Positions 17,954-28,358 of a DNA stretch of 54,156 bases are shown here, in pieces. Origin of the DNA: a virus (taxonomy: Duplodnaviria > Caudoviricetes); the IMG/VR virus record IMGVR_UViG_3300005980_000003, positions 1 through 54,156 of that record. The stretch is one strand, 5' to 3'. A model generated the notes under the pieces. It searched no databases and was not told the DNA's origin. It saw nothing but the letters and a program-made list of their open reading frames with translations. The position numbers and the translations under genes are program-made. How positions within the stretch are numbered: the stretch's first letter is position 1; the number at the start of each line of letters is the position of its first letter.

Positions 17954-18646
17954 TTATGCTTTAGGTTTGTTAGACAGGCTTGTAAGCGGGCCTGGGGTTA
18001 CACCAGTGGTTAAGTGGTTGATGAGGGATACAGTTGTTGCCGTAACATCAACCGAACTATAAATAGTGTCGTCACATGTAATCTTACCTGTAACATGTAA
18101 GTTGCCATTCATTGTGGCGTTGCCATTGATAACTGTCTCTGGGGCAGTTATATCTAACTCCGTTGGAGTCACAATTTCCATCTTGCCTGTTGGCAACATA
18201 GTTACCCGCTGTGTTCTGTCACGGTTCCTAAGTTCAGTACTTGTTGCATTGAAGTTAGGGATGGCTTCTGGTATCGGGTTGTACCCAACCATAGCCACAG
18301 CATCGTTGATGTTGTACGCCCGGAAGTAGTCTGCTTTAGGGAGCCCCGAAGCAAACGTACCTATCTTGGCAGCACCAGCATTCTTCCAGTGGTCAATGCC
18401 TTTATCACAAAAGTCCAGCAAGCAATTCTCCCCACCATTAATGGGGAACGTTAAGAAGTAGCCCCCACCTTGGGGGAATTGCACTGGTACATTTTGAAGT
18501 ATTGGAAATGCATACTCTGTGTAGAGGGAGTGCAATTGGTTGTTGAATTGCTCCCGCATTATCTGCACTGTTGCTGTTTGTGAATCCTTGTCGAAACTAA
18601 TAATCTTACCCGGATAGTGGGTAAGAATTGGTACCCAATCCGTCAC
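17954..18646 (-). CDS. Baseplate central spike (Gp138-like)
   Basis: VPVQFPQGGG..LTFPI..G..CL..FCDK.ID.W; C-terminal beta repeats. Confidence 0.85.
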   Translation of the reverse strand: MTDWVPILTHYPGKIISFDKDSQTATVQIMREQFNNQLHSLYTEYAFPILQNVPVQFPQGGGYFLTFPINGGENCLLDFCDKGIDHWKNAGAAKIGTFASGLPKADYFRAYNINDAVAMVGYNPIPEAIPNFNATSTELRNRDRTQRVTMLPTGKMEIVTPTELDITAPETVINGNATMNGNLHVTGKITCDDTIYSSVDVTATTVSLINHLTTGVTPGPLTSLSNKPKA

Positions 18647-18655
18647 ATATACCCC

Positions 18656-18937
18656 CTATGCGTATTCGATTATGTAAGCAGTGATGGATGAAAACTTGCC
18701 TGGGTCTAACTCAGGCGAACCATTGTTAACAACATACAAACTGAATGGTGCGTTAAGTTGTTTGAGCAAATCTGTGCCAGCACGAAGTGCAAGGCTGTTA
18801 ATAACAATGTCTCCACAACTAAAATCGCAAACCCAACAACGCATAATGTTGTTCCAACGAACAGCAGAAAATCTTGTAGATCCGTAGTAGTCAACAAGGA
18901 TGCCACCTTTGTTAGAAAGCGGTACTCGATAACTCAT
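18656..18937 (-). CDS. Small baseplate protein
   Basis: RWN...W.CD...GTDLLKQ; position. Confidence 0.65.
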   Translation of the reverse strand: MSYRVPLSNKGGILVDYYGSTRFSAVRWNNIMRCWVCDFSCGDIVINSLALRAGTDLLKQLNAPFSLYVVNNGSPELDPGKFSSITAYIIEYA

Positions 18938-19704
18938 AAGATACTCCCAAGAATGTTTACACCACTAAGCGCCAACATCTTTAACATCAGCTCTGTGTCG
19001 TTGGGTGTTGTAGTCAACAATGCCTGCTTCTGATCTAGTGGCAGATCAAAACCAATCCTGCCATCAGGTTGAATAATTCGCTGCTGTTCAAATACCAAGG
19101 TAACTGGCAGTACCGTTGCAGTCTTGCCATCTTGGTTGATTCGAACTTCATGCAGTACACAACCTTCATAAGTACCTAAGATTGTCGCTACGTGAACAAT
19201 CGTTCCATCACGAACCAGATTCTGTAGTTGCAAGAAGGTTTCTTTAACTGGATCACCAGTAAGGCCAGCGTTGTCGATGGCATGAGCTGCGCTACCAATC
19301 AAGCTGCCAAGCACAGGGCCAACTACCCTACTCACCATTGCGCCTGCAACCTTGCCCACAGTACTGATAAGGCTCAGCTCTCCAGGCATACTCACGTTGG
19401 TTACTAGCCCCGTAAGGCTAAACCTAAAGTTCTTTTTAATGATGTGCTCACTAATCAGAAACCCACTAGAGATTGGGTATTGAGTGACTTCGTTTCGAAA
19501 GTTGTGGGACTCGCTCATCACACAGTCAAGGGCCAAGGAGTTATAACTAACCTGCTTTTCTTCTTGCGGTCGGTCTTCATCCCCGTAGTAAATAGTCTCT
19601 ACTGGTGTGCCTTGGTTGTCTGGTGTAAATGTCTTTGCTACAACTTCCTTTTCAATTACCGCCTGCTCTTTGGCCCATATAATCATTGACTTTGTAAAGG
19701 CCAT
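18934..19704 (-). CDS. Baseplate / tail-tube initiator (Dit-like)
   Basis: LDCVMSESH...VTQYPISSGFLISEHI motif. Confidence 0.75.
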   Translation of the reverse strand: MAFTKSMIIWAKEQAVIEKEVVAKTFTPDNQGTPVETIYYGDEDRPQEEKQVSYNSLALDCVMSESHNFRNEVTQYPISSGFLISEHIIKKNFRFSLTGLVTNVSMPGELSLISTVGKVAGAMVSRVVGPVLGSLIGSAAHAIDNAGLTGDPVKETFLQLQNLVRDGTIVHVATILGTYEGCVLHEVRINQDGKTATVLPVTLVFEQQRIIQPDGRIGFDLPLDQKQALLTTTPNDTELMLKMLALSGVNILGSIL

Positions 19705-21248
19705 TAACTTTCCCTCCCTTTCTCATCGAGGGCATGCGCAAACCTTAGATAGTCACGTGTCTCTCTGGCTGGAGCTTGTCTTCCATTCATGACCTCATCG
19801 GCTGCATAGTTGCCTCCGTTATAGTTAGCATTCATTGCATCGGTGTTGCCTTCATACCTTTCATTGAGTTGGTCATATAACTTACCAGCCGCATAAGAGG
19901 ACTTAGCAAAATCGTTTCTGTCGTCATGTCCCTTCTCCACAGTCAGCCCTAAGTTTCTAGCTGTCTCTGGCATTAGTTGATACGGGCCAGCCGCACCAGC
20001 ACTAGAAGTAGCATTCCTTACAGAATTGTTGCCGCGATTCTCAATGATGAGTTTGTTGCGAAGGAATTTAGCTTTGGCTTCATCGCCACCAGATGCATCA
20101 GCAATTGCTTTATTCTGTTCATCAGTGAACTTAACCGCTTCAAGTTGTGTTGCCTCTTTAGCGGTAATGCCAACAGTTTGATCCAGCCTTGGCACACCTT
20201 TAGTCCTGTGCACTTCTGCACCAACGTCAATATCCCATGTGCCAGTACCTCTACCATTGCCACTTACATCCTTGTCCCCTGCTAAGCCATCGTTAAATTG
20301 TATTCCAACGATTCTTGTTTCCCATGCTGGGGCATAGTTACTACCCACATGCTGCGTGGAAAGAACTAAGTATTGTTCAAATATTGTTTGTGCCCACAAG
20401 CTGTCACTTCGGAAAAGTACAGAGTCAGCATTGTCCACAGAGATAACCCCATCAGCTTGTGGCCTATTTGGGTCACTAGTTCGGGCACCCAGGAAGGCAG
20501 TTACATCAACCACATCCCCGCAATCAATAGCAGCATTAAGGTTCATCACAAAGTTAAGTTTGGCAACCGTTGCTTCTGGAGTTCCTTTCAACTTGTCCAT
20601 GCTCATCTTGTGAAAGGAAGCCTCCCCAGTTTTGATCTTCTCTACGACATTCGAAGAGTTAGCCATACTAATAATTTGGACATTACTATTAGTGCCTCGG
20701 ACGTAGAAACGATACTGCTCCCCAAGCTCTGATAGGGAGTGACTAACAGTTCCCCTCAAGATGTAACTCAAGATTGGAGAGCTTAGTACCTCCGCATCAA
20801 TTCCAAAGAATTTGGGTGGAGCTTTGTATCCCGCAAACTTGCAGATAGCTGTTATCAGACCTTGTAGTGTTCCACCCTCGTACACCAAGGTGTTCAAGCT
20901 GGAGTTACTGCTCAAGGTTTCAGCGGAGTGTGGTACACACCAGATGGATGTAATATGTTCTGGAATAGACTTACGTCCGTACACGTTTACAACATACCCA
21001 TCCATAAGCATTGACATATTAGCCAATTCATCTTCATAGCCAACACTCACTTGTATCGTTCTATTCTTGGTGTCCAGCAACATTTTCAGTTGATCTGGAC
21101 CAAGGTTATAGACTTCCAACTTTAGTGTGTCAGCCATCCAACTCAAGTTACCTTGGTATACAAAGTCAATCCTGTGTTCAGTAGTAGCTAGAAGAATATC
21201 GCCTGTGTCTTTGTTGAGTATCTTTAAATCAATCCTGCGCTGCCACAA
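19704..21248 (-). CDS. Baseplate hub with C-terminal lytic transglycosylase (SLT) domain
   Basis: Hub N-terminus (LEVYNL, VGYED); IEN...SSAGAAGPYQLMPETA...ANYNGG...ETRDY. Confidence 0.88.
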   Translation of the reverse strand: MWQRRIDLKILNKDTGDILLATTEHRIDFVYQGNLSWMADTLKLEVYNLGPDQLKMLLDTKNRTIQVSVGYEDELANMSMLMDGYVVNVYGRKSIPEHITSIWCVPHSAETLSSNSSLNTLVYEGGTLQGLITAICKFAGYKAPPKFFGIDAEVLSSPILSYILRGTVSHSLSELGEQYRFYVRGTNSNVQIISMANSSNVVEKIKTGEASFHKMSMDKLKGTPEATVAKLNFVMNLNAAIDCGDVVDVTAFLGARTSDPNRPQADGVISVDNADSVLFRSDSLWAQTIFEQYLVLSTQHVGSNYAPAWETRIVGIQFNDGLAGDKDVSGNGRGTGTWDIDVGAEVHRTKGVPRLDQTVGITAKEATQLEAVKFTDEQNKAIADASGGDEAKAKFLRNKLIIENRGNNSVRNATSSAGAAGPYQLMPETARNLGLTVEKGHDDRNDFAKSSYAAGKLYDQLNERYEGNTDAMNANYNGGNYAADEVMNGRQAPARETRDYLRFAHALDEKGRES

Positions 21249-21267
21249 TTAGTACCTCCTAGCCCTG

Positions 21268-24200
21268 CTATTCATTAGTGGATTGTTTGTACGCCTTTTG
21301 AGAGGTTGCAGATGAGTTACCAGCCTTAGCTTCAACTGTTGCGACATTACCTTGCAGAGTTACAGTTACATTCACATCTACAGGTGCTGGAGCTACTGCA
21401 CCGCTTCGGTCAACCTTGCCGGTATATACTTCCCCACCTTCTGCCGAAGCATGGCTACCATCTAGCCCGGTGAGGGAGTTACCAATCTCGTTAATAGCGG
21501 AGCCAATAGTCTCAGGGATGTTTTTCAACTTATCCATCTGGCTCTTTGCAAAACCTGCATCCTTGGAGATACCTGCGTTAACACCTACAGCAGCCATACT
21601 TCTACGGTGCGCTGCCTCTGCTCCAGTGTTAACCACCATGTTGGCTTGTGCGTATGCACCTGGGGTTGCTTGGGGTTGTTCCTTTGTCTTGGCGCTCACG
21701 CTCGCTTGTTCGTCGCTAGTCAAGTTTGCCAAAGTCCCAAACCCTTCCAACCCGGATCTACGCAAAGCCTCGGCAGTTGCCATATGGCTCATGTTTCGAT
21801 CCTTCGCATTCTTCGCTATACGCAAAGCACGTTCTGTTGGGTTGTCTGCAAGTTCCCGCTTAGTGGCAAGGTCTTCAAGTCCTAGTGTCCCTACTACCTG
21901 ATTAACTGCACCGCTATAGTCTCCCAACTCCATTGCACCAGCAATAGATGCGCCAGACAGTGTTGCACTTCGTGCGTCACGGTCGGATACACCAGCACCA
22001 CGCAAAGCAATGTTGTTGGCAAGGTACTGCCCAGGGTTAACGCCATAATCTAATGGCTTGCCAATATCTTCACGGAAGTCTGCTGCAAGTTCTTGGGCAT
22101 TCTTATCAACGAATTGTGTAACTTCCTTGACAGTGTTGTAAGCCTGGCTCAACCACCCGCGCTTATTACCCCCGGCATCATCCCGCTTGGCATTCTCTTT
22201 ATGAGCAGCATTCCAATCACGGGCAAATGCCATTCCTTCTCTCTGTGTGTTATCTGGCGGTTTGTTACCTTTGCCACCGCCCACAGCTTCTTCTACATCT
22301 TCCTTGTTAGCACTAACCAAGAAACCATACTTACCGGATTTATCAGCAGCCATAGTTGCTTGTGCTGCAAGAAACTCTTCCTGAGTCATCGCAGCATTAC
22401 GTTGAATGCTTTCTTGAGCTTGCTCAATCTTGGCCCTGTTGCGCCGTTGCCATTGCAAATCTTTATTTACAGTTTGCGTTTGAGTGCGAAGCTTTCCATC
22501 AACTTCCACACCCTGCATAATGTCAACAGAATCCAAGTTACCAACAGCCATCTGCATTTGAACTTGGTCATGGTACTTGGCGAAGTCTCTAAACTCACGA
22601 GGGGCTTTAAACTCCACCCCCTTCCTAGTAGGTAAGCCATCCTTAGTAACCAAGCCATCAAGAGACGCACCCCCTGGGAAACCTTTGCTTTGCAGCAACC
22701 CCATTTCAAGTACTTCTGTTTCAGTTTGCTTCTCATACTGCTGGCGGATTTTGTCTTCTAGCCTGTGCCCTCGTTCAATATCTTCGCTTGGGTAGGGTTG
22801 TGTAGAAGTCATCCCCCAATTTTCCATAGACTTTTCGCCTACGAACGTGTTGCGGGATCTATCACTGCCAGTTACACGGGTAGCATCAGATGCAGTTACA
22901 AGCAGCTTCCTTTCGTCCAACCATTGCTGACTACCTTGAGGTGCATTGCTAATGGATAAGTTAGGGTTGGCAGCTTGATACGCACTTCTCGCCCCGGCCA
23001 ACCTTTCGACACGGCTGTCACGAGTGGCTACCGAAGCCCCCAATCTACTGCCTGACGTTGCCCCTGTGGTCGATACAGACTCGCCAAGGTTGTTGCCTGA
23101 TGTTGCCCGCTGGTTGGTATTTGCGCCTTCCCTGACGCCCTCCACGGCCTGCATATCTACGCTCGGCGCCGCTGTGGCAAAGGAGTCATCAACCTGCAAG
23201 GGGCCATCGCGTGTAAGCGCCTCAAGCCCCGTTTGGGGTGTGTACTCCTTACCGCTACCATCGCCTGGACCACCGGGCGGAGCACCCCCACCGTCATCAG
23301 GGGCACCCAGGTCATCGTTAAAATCAACGTCAGCCGCCCTCATGCCCAAGTACTCATCAACTTGAGACATGTTGTTATCAACGTAATCTGCTGCAAGGTC
23401 GCCCGCAGGTTGGAAGAAAACATCTACTGTGCGTGCAAGTTCATCCCGAGCGTACTTGTCAAGTTGTGAGGGCTTAAACTCAACCCCTCTATCCAACTGA
23501 TGCTTGATGGTGTCTTGTTCCCCGAACAGTTGTTCATCAAGGGATTGCTCAAGTACGTCGTAGTTAAGCTGTAACCCACCACCCCAAGACTTGCGACTAA
23601 CTGCCGTATCACTGATGCCATAGATACGGCCTAATTGTTTAGGTAGTTCCGTGAGTGCAGCACGAGCTACTGTTGCCCGCTGATACTCATCATCCTGCTT
23701 GTCGAAGTTGTTGTATGACAGATTGCGTGTACCGTATGTAAGCAAGGTAGACATGGTGTCCACTTGGCTTTCATCATCAGTCCACAAACCTTTTGAAGTC
23801 ATGCCACGCTTAACAACGCCCGCTGCGAATTCACGGAGCTTGCTGCTGTTAATGGAGCCAACCAACTCATGTGGGCTTGGGTACGCAGTGTACGCAGCAG
23901 TAGGTGGAATAAACTCACCACTACCTTTGCCAACCATTCTTACCGCTTCATCAACACCATACTGTTCAACGAGTTCATTAAACTTATCGTCATTAGCCTG
24001 AATGGATGTAGCGTTCTGTACAGACACAGCCTTGAGCCGGCTAGGAAGCATCTTGCTAATCTGCATAGAGATAAGACGAATAGCCTTACCCTTTTCAGCA
24101 GGTGACATATGCTCCAGCTTACTTGGGTCAATGTACTGTTCAGCTAAATTATCAAAGTACTCTTGCACGTTCGCATTGTCTGGTAAGCCCAGGGCTTCCG

Positions 24201-25176
24201 ACTGTTGCTGTTGTACAGTAATACCTTTCATGCCGCGCGCAGGTTGCATGTAGTCTGGATATTTTGCTGGTGCTTGCAGGGAGAACTCAGATGCTAGCAA
24301 ATCCCCGGACACTTCCTTCTTGTTGATGGGAAGTACGTCATAAGTTGCACCAGATAATGACTCACGGTACGAGCCAAAGATTGCTGCCAAGGATGCATTG
24401 GGCGTCTTGACATCTGTTGCATAGTCGTCAACCACAGGTGCCAACATTTCATTGCCATCTGTAGCCTCGTCAAATGAGCCACCTTCATTACCAAAATCAA
24501 GGACAGACTTTTTGCTGGTAAGTTTAGAAGGAGTTAAACCAGTGTTAGAAATAGTTGTGAAAATAGAAAGCTCTTCTTTCGAAAAAGATTTCTGCCGTTC
24601 GCCAGAAGACATGGACAAATATGAATCATATTTATTAATAACCCCGGCCAATTCGTTTTCCAAACCTGCTGCTTTGATCTTCCCAGCCACAACTGTTTCT
24701 GGTGTTAGGAGGTTTGAGTTTTCTTCGTAGTTGCTAGAGATTGCTCCAGTCTGTTTACCCAAGAACTCACGATCACTTTGAATCTTTTCCAGCTTTCTTG
24801 TTGTTGCATTTTTATTCGTTTGATAAACTTTTGCTCGAACTTCTTCACTCGTATTGATGAGTGTGGTTTCCCGGAACTTCGCAAAGCGATCTTCCAAGAG
24901 CATTTCTTGAACGTCTAAGTCATCCCAGTCTTCACTATTTATAACCTTTTCAAACTGGGCAGCAGTACCGCCAGTGGTCTTTGCCATGAAGTACGCAAGT
25001 TCTTTCCGTCTGGCGGCTTTCTCACGTTTACGTTGTGCAGCAATACTTGCATCTGTGGCTTCTCGTGAAATCACATCCTTAGCTTGGGATGGGGCTACAT
25101 ACTTAGAAGTGCCAGACGCCACCGATACAACTGGTTTTTGGCGTTTGCCAAGTTTAAGTATCTTCTTTTCATCCAT
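21268..25176 (-). CDS. Tape-measure-position protein (1302 aa) with embedded YqaJ/lambda-exonuclease-like domain
   Basis: Follows tail chaperones; QGSQQWLDERK..TASD, GHRLED, GASLDG, VEFKAP, YHDQVQMQM. Confidence 0.75.
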   Translation of the reverse strand: MDEKKILKLGKRQKPVVSVASGTSKYVAPSQAKDVISREATDASIAAQRKREKAARRKELAYFMAKTTGGTAAQFEKVINSEDWDDLDVQEMLLEDRFAKFRETTLINTSEEVRAKVYQTNKNATTRKLEKIQSDREFLGKQTGAISSNYEENSNLLTPETVVAGKIKAAGLENELAGVINKYDSYLSMSSGERQKSFSKEELSIFTTISNTGLTPSKLTSKKSVLDFGNEGGSFDEATDGNEMLAPVVDDYATDVKTPNASLAAIFGSYRESLSGATYDVLPINKKEVSGDLLASEFSLQAPAKYPDYMQPARGMKGITVQQQQSEALGLPDNANVQEYFDNLAEQYIDPSKLEHMSPAEKGKAIRLISMQISKMLPSRLKAVSVQNATSIQANDDKFNELVEQYGVDEAVRMVGKGSGEFIPPTAAYTAYPSPHELVGSINSSKLREFAAGVVKRGMTSKGLWTDDESQVDTMSTLLTYGTRNLSYNNFDKQDDEYQRATVARAALTELPKQLGRIYGISDTAVSRKSWGGGLQLNYDVLEQSLDEQLFGEQDTIKHQLDRGVEFKPSQLDKYARDELARTVDVFFQPAGDLAADYVDNNMSQVDEYLGMRAADVDFNDDLGAPDDGGGAPPGGPGDGSGKEYTPQTGLEALTRDGPLQVDDSFATAAPSVDMQAVEGVREGANTNQRATSGNNLGESVSTTGATSGSRLGASVATRDSRVERLAGARSAYQAANPNLSISNAPQGSQQWLDERKLLVTASDATRVTGSDRSRNTFVGEKSMENWGMTSTQPYPSEDIERGHRLEDKIRQQYEKQTETEVLEMGLLQSKGFPGGASLDGLVTKDGLPTRKGVEFKAPREFRDFAKYHDQVQMQMAVGNLDSVDIMQGVEVDGKLRTQTQTVNKDLQWQRRNRAKIEQAQESIQRNAAMTQEEFLAAQATMAADKSGKYGFLVSANKEDVEEAVGGGKGNKPPDNTQREGMAFARDWNAAHKENAKRDDAGGNKRGWLSQAYNTVKEVTQFVDKNAQELAADFREDIGKPLDYGVNPGQYLANNIALRGAGVSDRDARSATLSGASIAGAMELGDYSGAVNQVVGTLGLEDLATKRELADNPTERALRIAKNAKDRNMSHMATAEALRRSGLEGFGTLANLTSDEQASVSAKTKEQPQATPGAYAQANMVVNTGAEAAHRRSMAAVGVNAGISKDAGFAKSQMDKLKNIPETIGSAINEIGNSLTGLDGSHASAEGGEVYTGKVDRSGAVAPAPVDVNVTVTLQGNVATVEAKAGNSSATSQKAYKQSTNE

Positions 25177-25188
25177 TAGATTAGTCCC

Positions 25189-25380
25189 TCATTTAGTTGG
25201 AGCAATGTGTTCTTTAAGGTCTAGTAGCACATGCATCAGATAAATATCATCAATGCTATATGTTGAGTCATCGAGTTCCCTTAAGGCGCACATTGGAGGT
25301 TCAGCAATCAATGGACGATGTAGGAAGTAGTTCACGTCAGGAAACATTTCAGAAATGGTCGGCCCCCTATGGGCATCCAA
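25189..25380 (-). CDS. C-terminal part of frameshifted tail assembly chaperone (gpGT-like)
   Basis: In the -1 frame of 25395-25850 and open back to the slippery site. Confidence 0.75.
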   Translation of the reverse strand: MDAHRGPTISEMFPDVNYFLHRPLIAEPPMCALRELDDSTYSIDDIYLMHVLLDLKEHIAPTK

Positions 25381-25394
25381 CTCATTGTTTATTG

Positions 25395-25850
25395 TTATTG
25401 TTCCGTCTGCGTTGTTTGTGATGGAAGCAAGTTCTGCTTCTTCAACTTCTCGATTTCGTCCATCGCTGCTAGACCTTCTACGAAAAAATCCTTGAAGTTA
25501 ACCTCAACTACAAAGGAGAACAGGTCATAAATAAACTTCAACTCGCCGCTCAATTCAACATCAAAGTTAGCGGCATTGATTTCTTTGCCATCAATGCGAG
25601 CATAAGAAATACATTCTTTAACGAATGGCAGGAACACATGCTTCTCTACACGCTGCAACACGTACATAAGGTTGCCGAAGTTCCAGTCACCCATTACAAA
25701 TGCAAGACTTTCATCCCCCATTGCAGTGAGCAAACCAATTTGCATGTCCATTGCTTTGTTAGCAGGCCATTGACGAACAAATACTTGCTTGCCACCAATC
25801 TCCCGTGTTTCTGATTTACAAGCCATATAGTTCTCCCAAGCTGGAGACAC
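25395..25850 (-). CDS. Tail assembly chaperone (gpG-like)
   Basis: Between tube and TMP; contains EVNFKDFF. Confidence 0.8.
   Translation of the reverse strand: MSPAWENYMACKSETREIGGKQVFVRQWPANKAMDMQIGLLTAMGDESLAFVMGDWNFGNLMYVLQRVEKHVFLPFVKECISYARIDGKEINAANFDVELSGELKFIYDLFSFVVEVNFKDFFVEGLAAMDEIEKLKKQNLLPSQTTQTEQ
25482..25491 (-). other. Programmed -1 frameshift slippery site GGATTTTTTC
   Basis: The -1 frame from T TTT TTC stays open into MDAHRG... (checked by hand). Confidence 0.75.
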
Positions 25851-25876
25851 AATGTATCTCCAGCTAAATATTCTTA

Positions 25877-26332
25877 TTACAGGCCTACGTAATCGTACTT
25901 ACCGTTGGTGAACCAAATCTGCTCAAACTCAACAGTCCAACTCAGGGAGACGATGCCAGTACCACGAACGATGGCAGGCATAACAGGAATGAACCCATTA
26001 ACACCAGACACAAGTGCAAGGCCCATCTTGTCGTTCATCAAACCTTGGATTGGATCAAAGGTTTGACGGTTGCCACTCAAGCCGGTGTTCTGAGAAAGAA
26101 TTGCACGGCTGTTCAGGGTGGCGTTGTAGTCACTGGTTTGGAGCAGGGTAAACACAATGCGGCCAGACCGATCCGCAATAGTTGCCACAGACATTTCACC
26201 ACGAGCACCAATTACTTTGGTGTGCTGTACGTTAGTACGGCCTGCTGAAATGATGCTGTTGTTATCAGTGAAGCCAGTAACTGGAATACCATCCAGCAAA
26301 AGGTCAACGTTATAAAAGCTATACTGCTTCAT
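25877..26332 (-). CDS. Tail tube protein (DUF3277-like)
   Basis: IGARGE...DRSG.I.FTLLQTS..N; follows sheath. Confidence 0.85.
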   Translation of the reverse strand: MKQYSFYNVDLLLDGIPVTGFTDNNSIISAGRTNVQHTKVIGARGEMSVATIADRSGRIVFTLLQTSDYNATLNSRAILSQNTGLSGNRQTFDPIQGLMNDKMGLALVSGVNGFIPVMPAIVRGTGIVSLSWTVEFEQIWFTNGKYDYVGL

Positions 26333-26342
26333 TTACTTCTCC

Positions 26343-27788
26343 TTATTCCGAGAACGAGCCGGTGATAGTTACTTTATGAATTGCACCAGCGCCGACTGCA
26401 ATGAAGGAGATACCTTTGTAAATACGAGTACCTTTGTCAGCAGAGCTAACATCACCAACAGGGATGTAATCAATGCGATAGCCAAGTTCCAGGTACTCGC
26501 CATCAGTGGTATAGCCAGGAGCAATCAGGCCGTTAGTAACGCCTTGACGCAAACCTTGCTCAACCTTTTGAATGATCATGCTCACACCAGTATCAGTGTA
26601 AGGAACCTTGGTATTGGAACGGTACATCAGATTGAACACATCAGTTTCAATGCGGTTCTGCAACCAATCCAAACCATGCTTGGTGTCAAACCAACTGCCA
26701 TCACCCATTTTGGATTCAGCGAAGAACGAGTTGCCACCTACATCCAAGAACACGTTGCAGTTGATCTTGTTCAGGTTGGCGTTCTGGCCCGTAGTAATGC
26801 GAGCAACAGGGATGGTTGGCAGCTTTTTGTACATCAGGGTGATGGTGGTGTTAGTGCCTTCAAAGTTAACAGTGAATGCACGACCAGCAACCGAAGCACC
26901 AGCATAACTACCAGCAACAGGTGCATAGGTAGACAAGGTGTTACCCAGCGAGGAACTTGAAATCAAACCAGCAATGGTCATGCCATTAGTGTTGGTAAGT
27001 GCCACTGGATCGTTGGTGGTGTTGAAGAACTTCTTGGTACGAGCTTGTGCCCATACCGCCGCATCGTATGCAGCCTGAGTATCATCAAACTCTTTATCAA
27101 GGACAATGCCGTAGAAAGAGTTGTCTACCTGTTCACATGCAGTGAGGGCTTGTGCAGGAGTCTCAGATGCCTGACCTTGTGTCAGTACAGCAGTGAGTAC
27201 GCCCAGTGCAGCAGCCAAGCCACCAACATCCGAAGATGCAACAGTGATGGTAGAAGTTACACCAGTGGTAGGACTGGTGATTACAAAATGGGTGCCGTCA
27301 TAGGTACAAGTAGTACCCGGCTTTTGTACGGCGAGCTTGCCTTGTACGATAAGTGCAGCAGCAGCAAACGAAACTGCGCCAGACAAATCTACGGCGGTAA
27401 TTACAACCAAGGCGCCATCAATGGTGATAGTGAAGCCACCAGCAGTTACGGCTTGCACTGCCACCAAGTTAGGTGCAGTACTGCCAGTTGCATGTGCAGC
27501 AGTGTTGGTGCCATCAATCAGGCCAACCATGAAGTAGATTGGTCGCGGTACTTGGGCATAGTAAGCAGTGGCTGCTTTGTTAATCTCTGTGCCGTCAGTG
27601 TAATCGGCTGCTACAGAAGTCATGCTGCTGTACTTTCGAATTCGCTCATCTTTATTGATGGGGGTTGTGCCCGTGTTGGCGCTCTTACTCATCATTACAA
27701 GTTGGCCAAACCCTGCCAAACCCTCTGGCGTTGGTGCGAGTGCAATGCCTACATTGATATACTCGGAAATTGGTACGGATGCCGACAT
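26343..27788 (-). CDS. Tail sheath protein, DUF3383
   Basis: GLDWLQNRIE, KVPYTDTG, GAIHKV motifs. Confidence 0.92.
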   Translation of the reverse strand: MSASVPISEYINVGIALAPTPEGLAGFGQLVMMSKSANTGTTPINKDERIRKYSSMTSVAADYTDGTEINKAATAYYAQVPRPIYFMVGLIDGTNTAAHATGSTAPNLVAVQAVTAGGFTITIDGALVVITAVDLSGAVSFAAAALIVQGKLAVQKPGTTCTYDGTHFVITSPTTGVTSTITVASSDVGGLAAALGVLTAVLTQGQASETPAQALTACEQVDNSFYGIVLDKEFDDTQAAYDAAVWAQARTKKFFNTTNDPVALTNTNGMTIAGLISSSSLGNTLSTYAPVAGSYAGASVAGRAFTVNFEGTNTTITLMYKKLPTIPVARITTGQNANLNKINCNVFLDVGGNSFFAESKMGDGSWFDTKHGLDWLQNRIETDVFNLMYRSNTKVPYTDTGVSMIIQKVEQGLRQGVTNGLIAPGYTTDGEYLELGYRIDYIPVGDVSSADKGTRIYKGISFIAVGAGAIHKVTITGSFSE

Positions 27789-27806
27789 ATGGTAATGTCT
27801 CCTTTG

Positions 27807-28358
27807 TTAGTTTATTGGTTTGGTTTCTCCATCAATTTCGATAACCATATTTACGGAAGCTGCTTCTAGTTGAGCTTCACCGTTAATGACAGCACTAATA
27901 ATGCGGGGAATACGTGTGGTCTGTGTTCTGATCACATTAAAGTCGAGACGAATTGCAGTTCGAACTTCCCATTGAGATTCCAATGTCAAGGTCTTTACAT
28001 TGATTGGCCCCTTACTTAAAAGAACCATCCCCAGCTTCTTCATCAAATCCAAAACATCTGGACGAAAGAAACTGTTGTTCAAGAAATCAACATCCACATC
28101 ATCACGAGAAAACAAAACATCGAATGAGAGAATGCGAAAGCCTTTAGTAGTGAATACAAATTCATCAGCAACTTCGTCGAAGGTGTTATAAATCTGGTCA
28201 TACCCTGGGCTGTAAGTACCCATCATCCTTACTGCTGCATATGCATCAACAGGTGGACGTGGGGCATTCTTAAACATTGGGTATGAGTAGCGAGGTTTGA
28301 GTACACACTGATCAATTACTTTCTGAACCTTTTGAACGTCTATATCCATTAGCCCCAC
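27807..28358 (-). CDS. Tail completion / neck terminator protein
   Basis: NAPRP..YA, WEVR motifs; upstream of sheath. Confidence 0.7.
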   Translation of the reverse strand: MGLMDIDVQKVQKVIDQCVLKPRYSYPMFKNAPRPPVDAYAAVRMMGTYSPGYDQIYNTFDEVADEFVFTTKGFRILSFDVLFSRDDVDVDFLNNSFFRPDVLDLMKKLGMVLLSKGPINVKTLTLESQWEVRTAIRLDFNVIRTQTTRIPRIISAVINGEAQLEAASVNMVIEIDGETKPIN

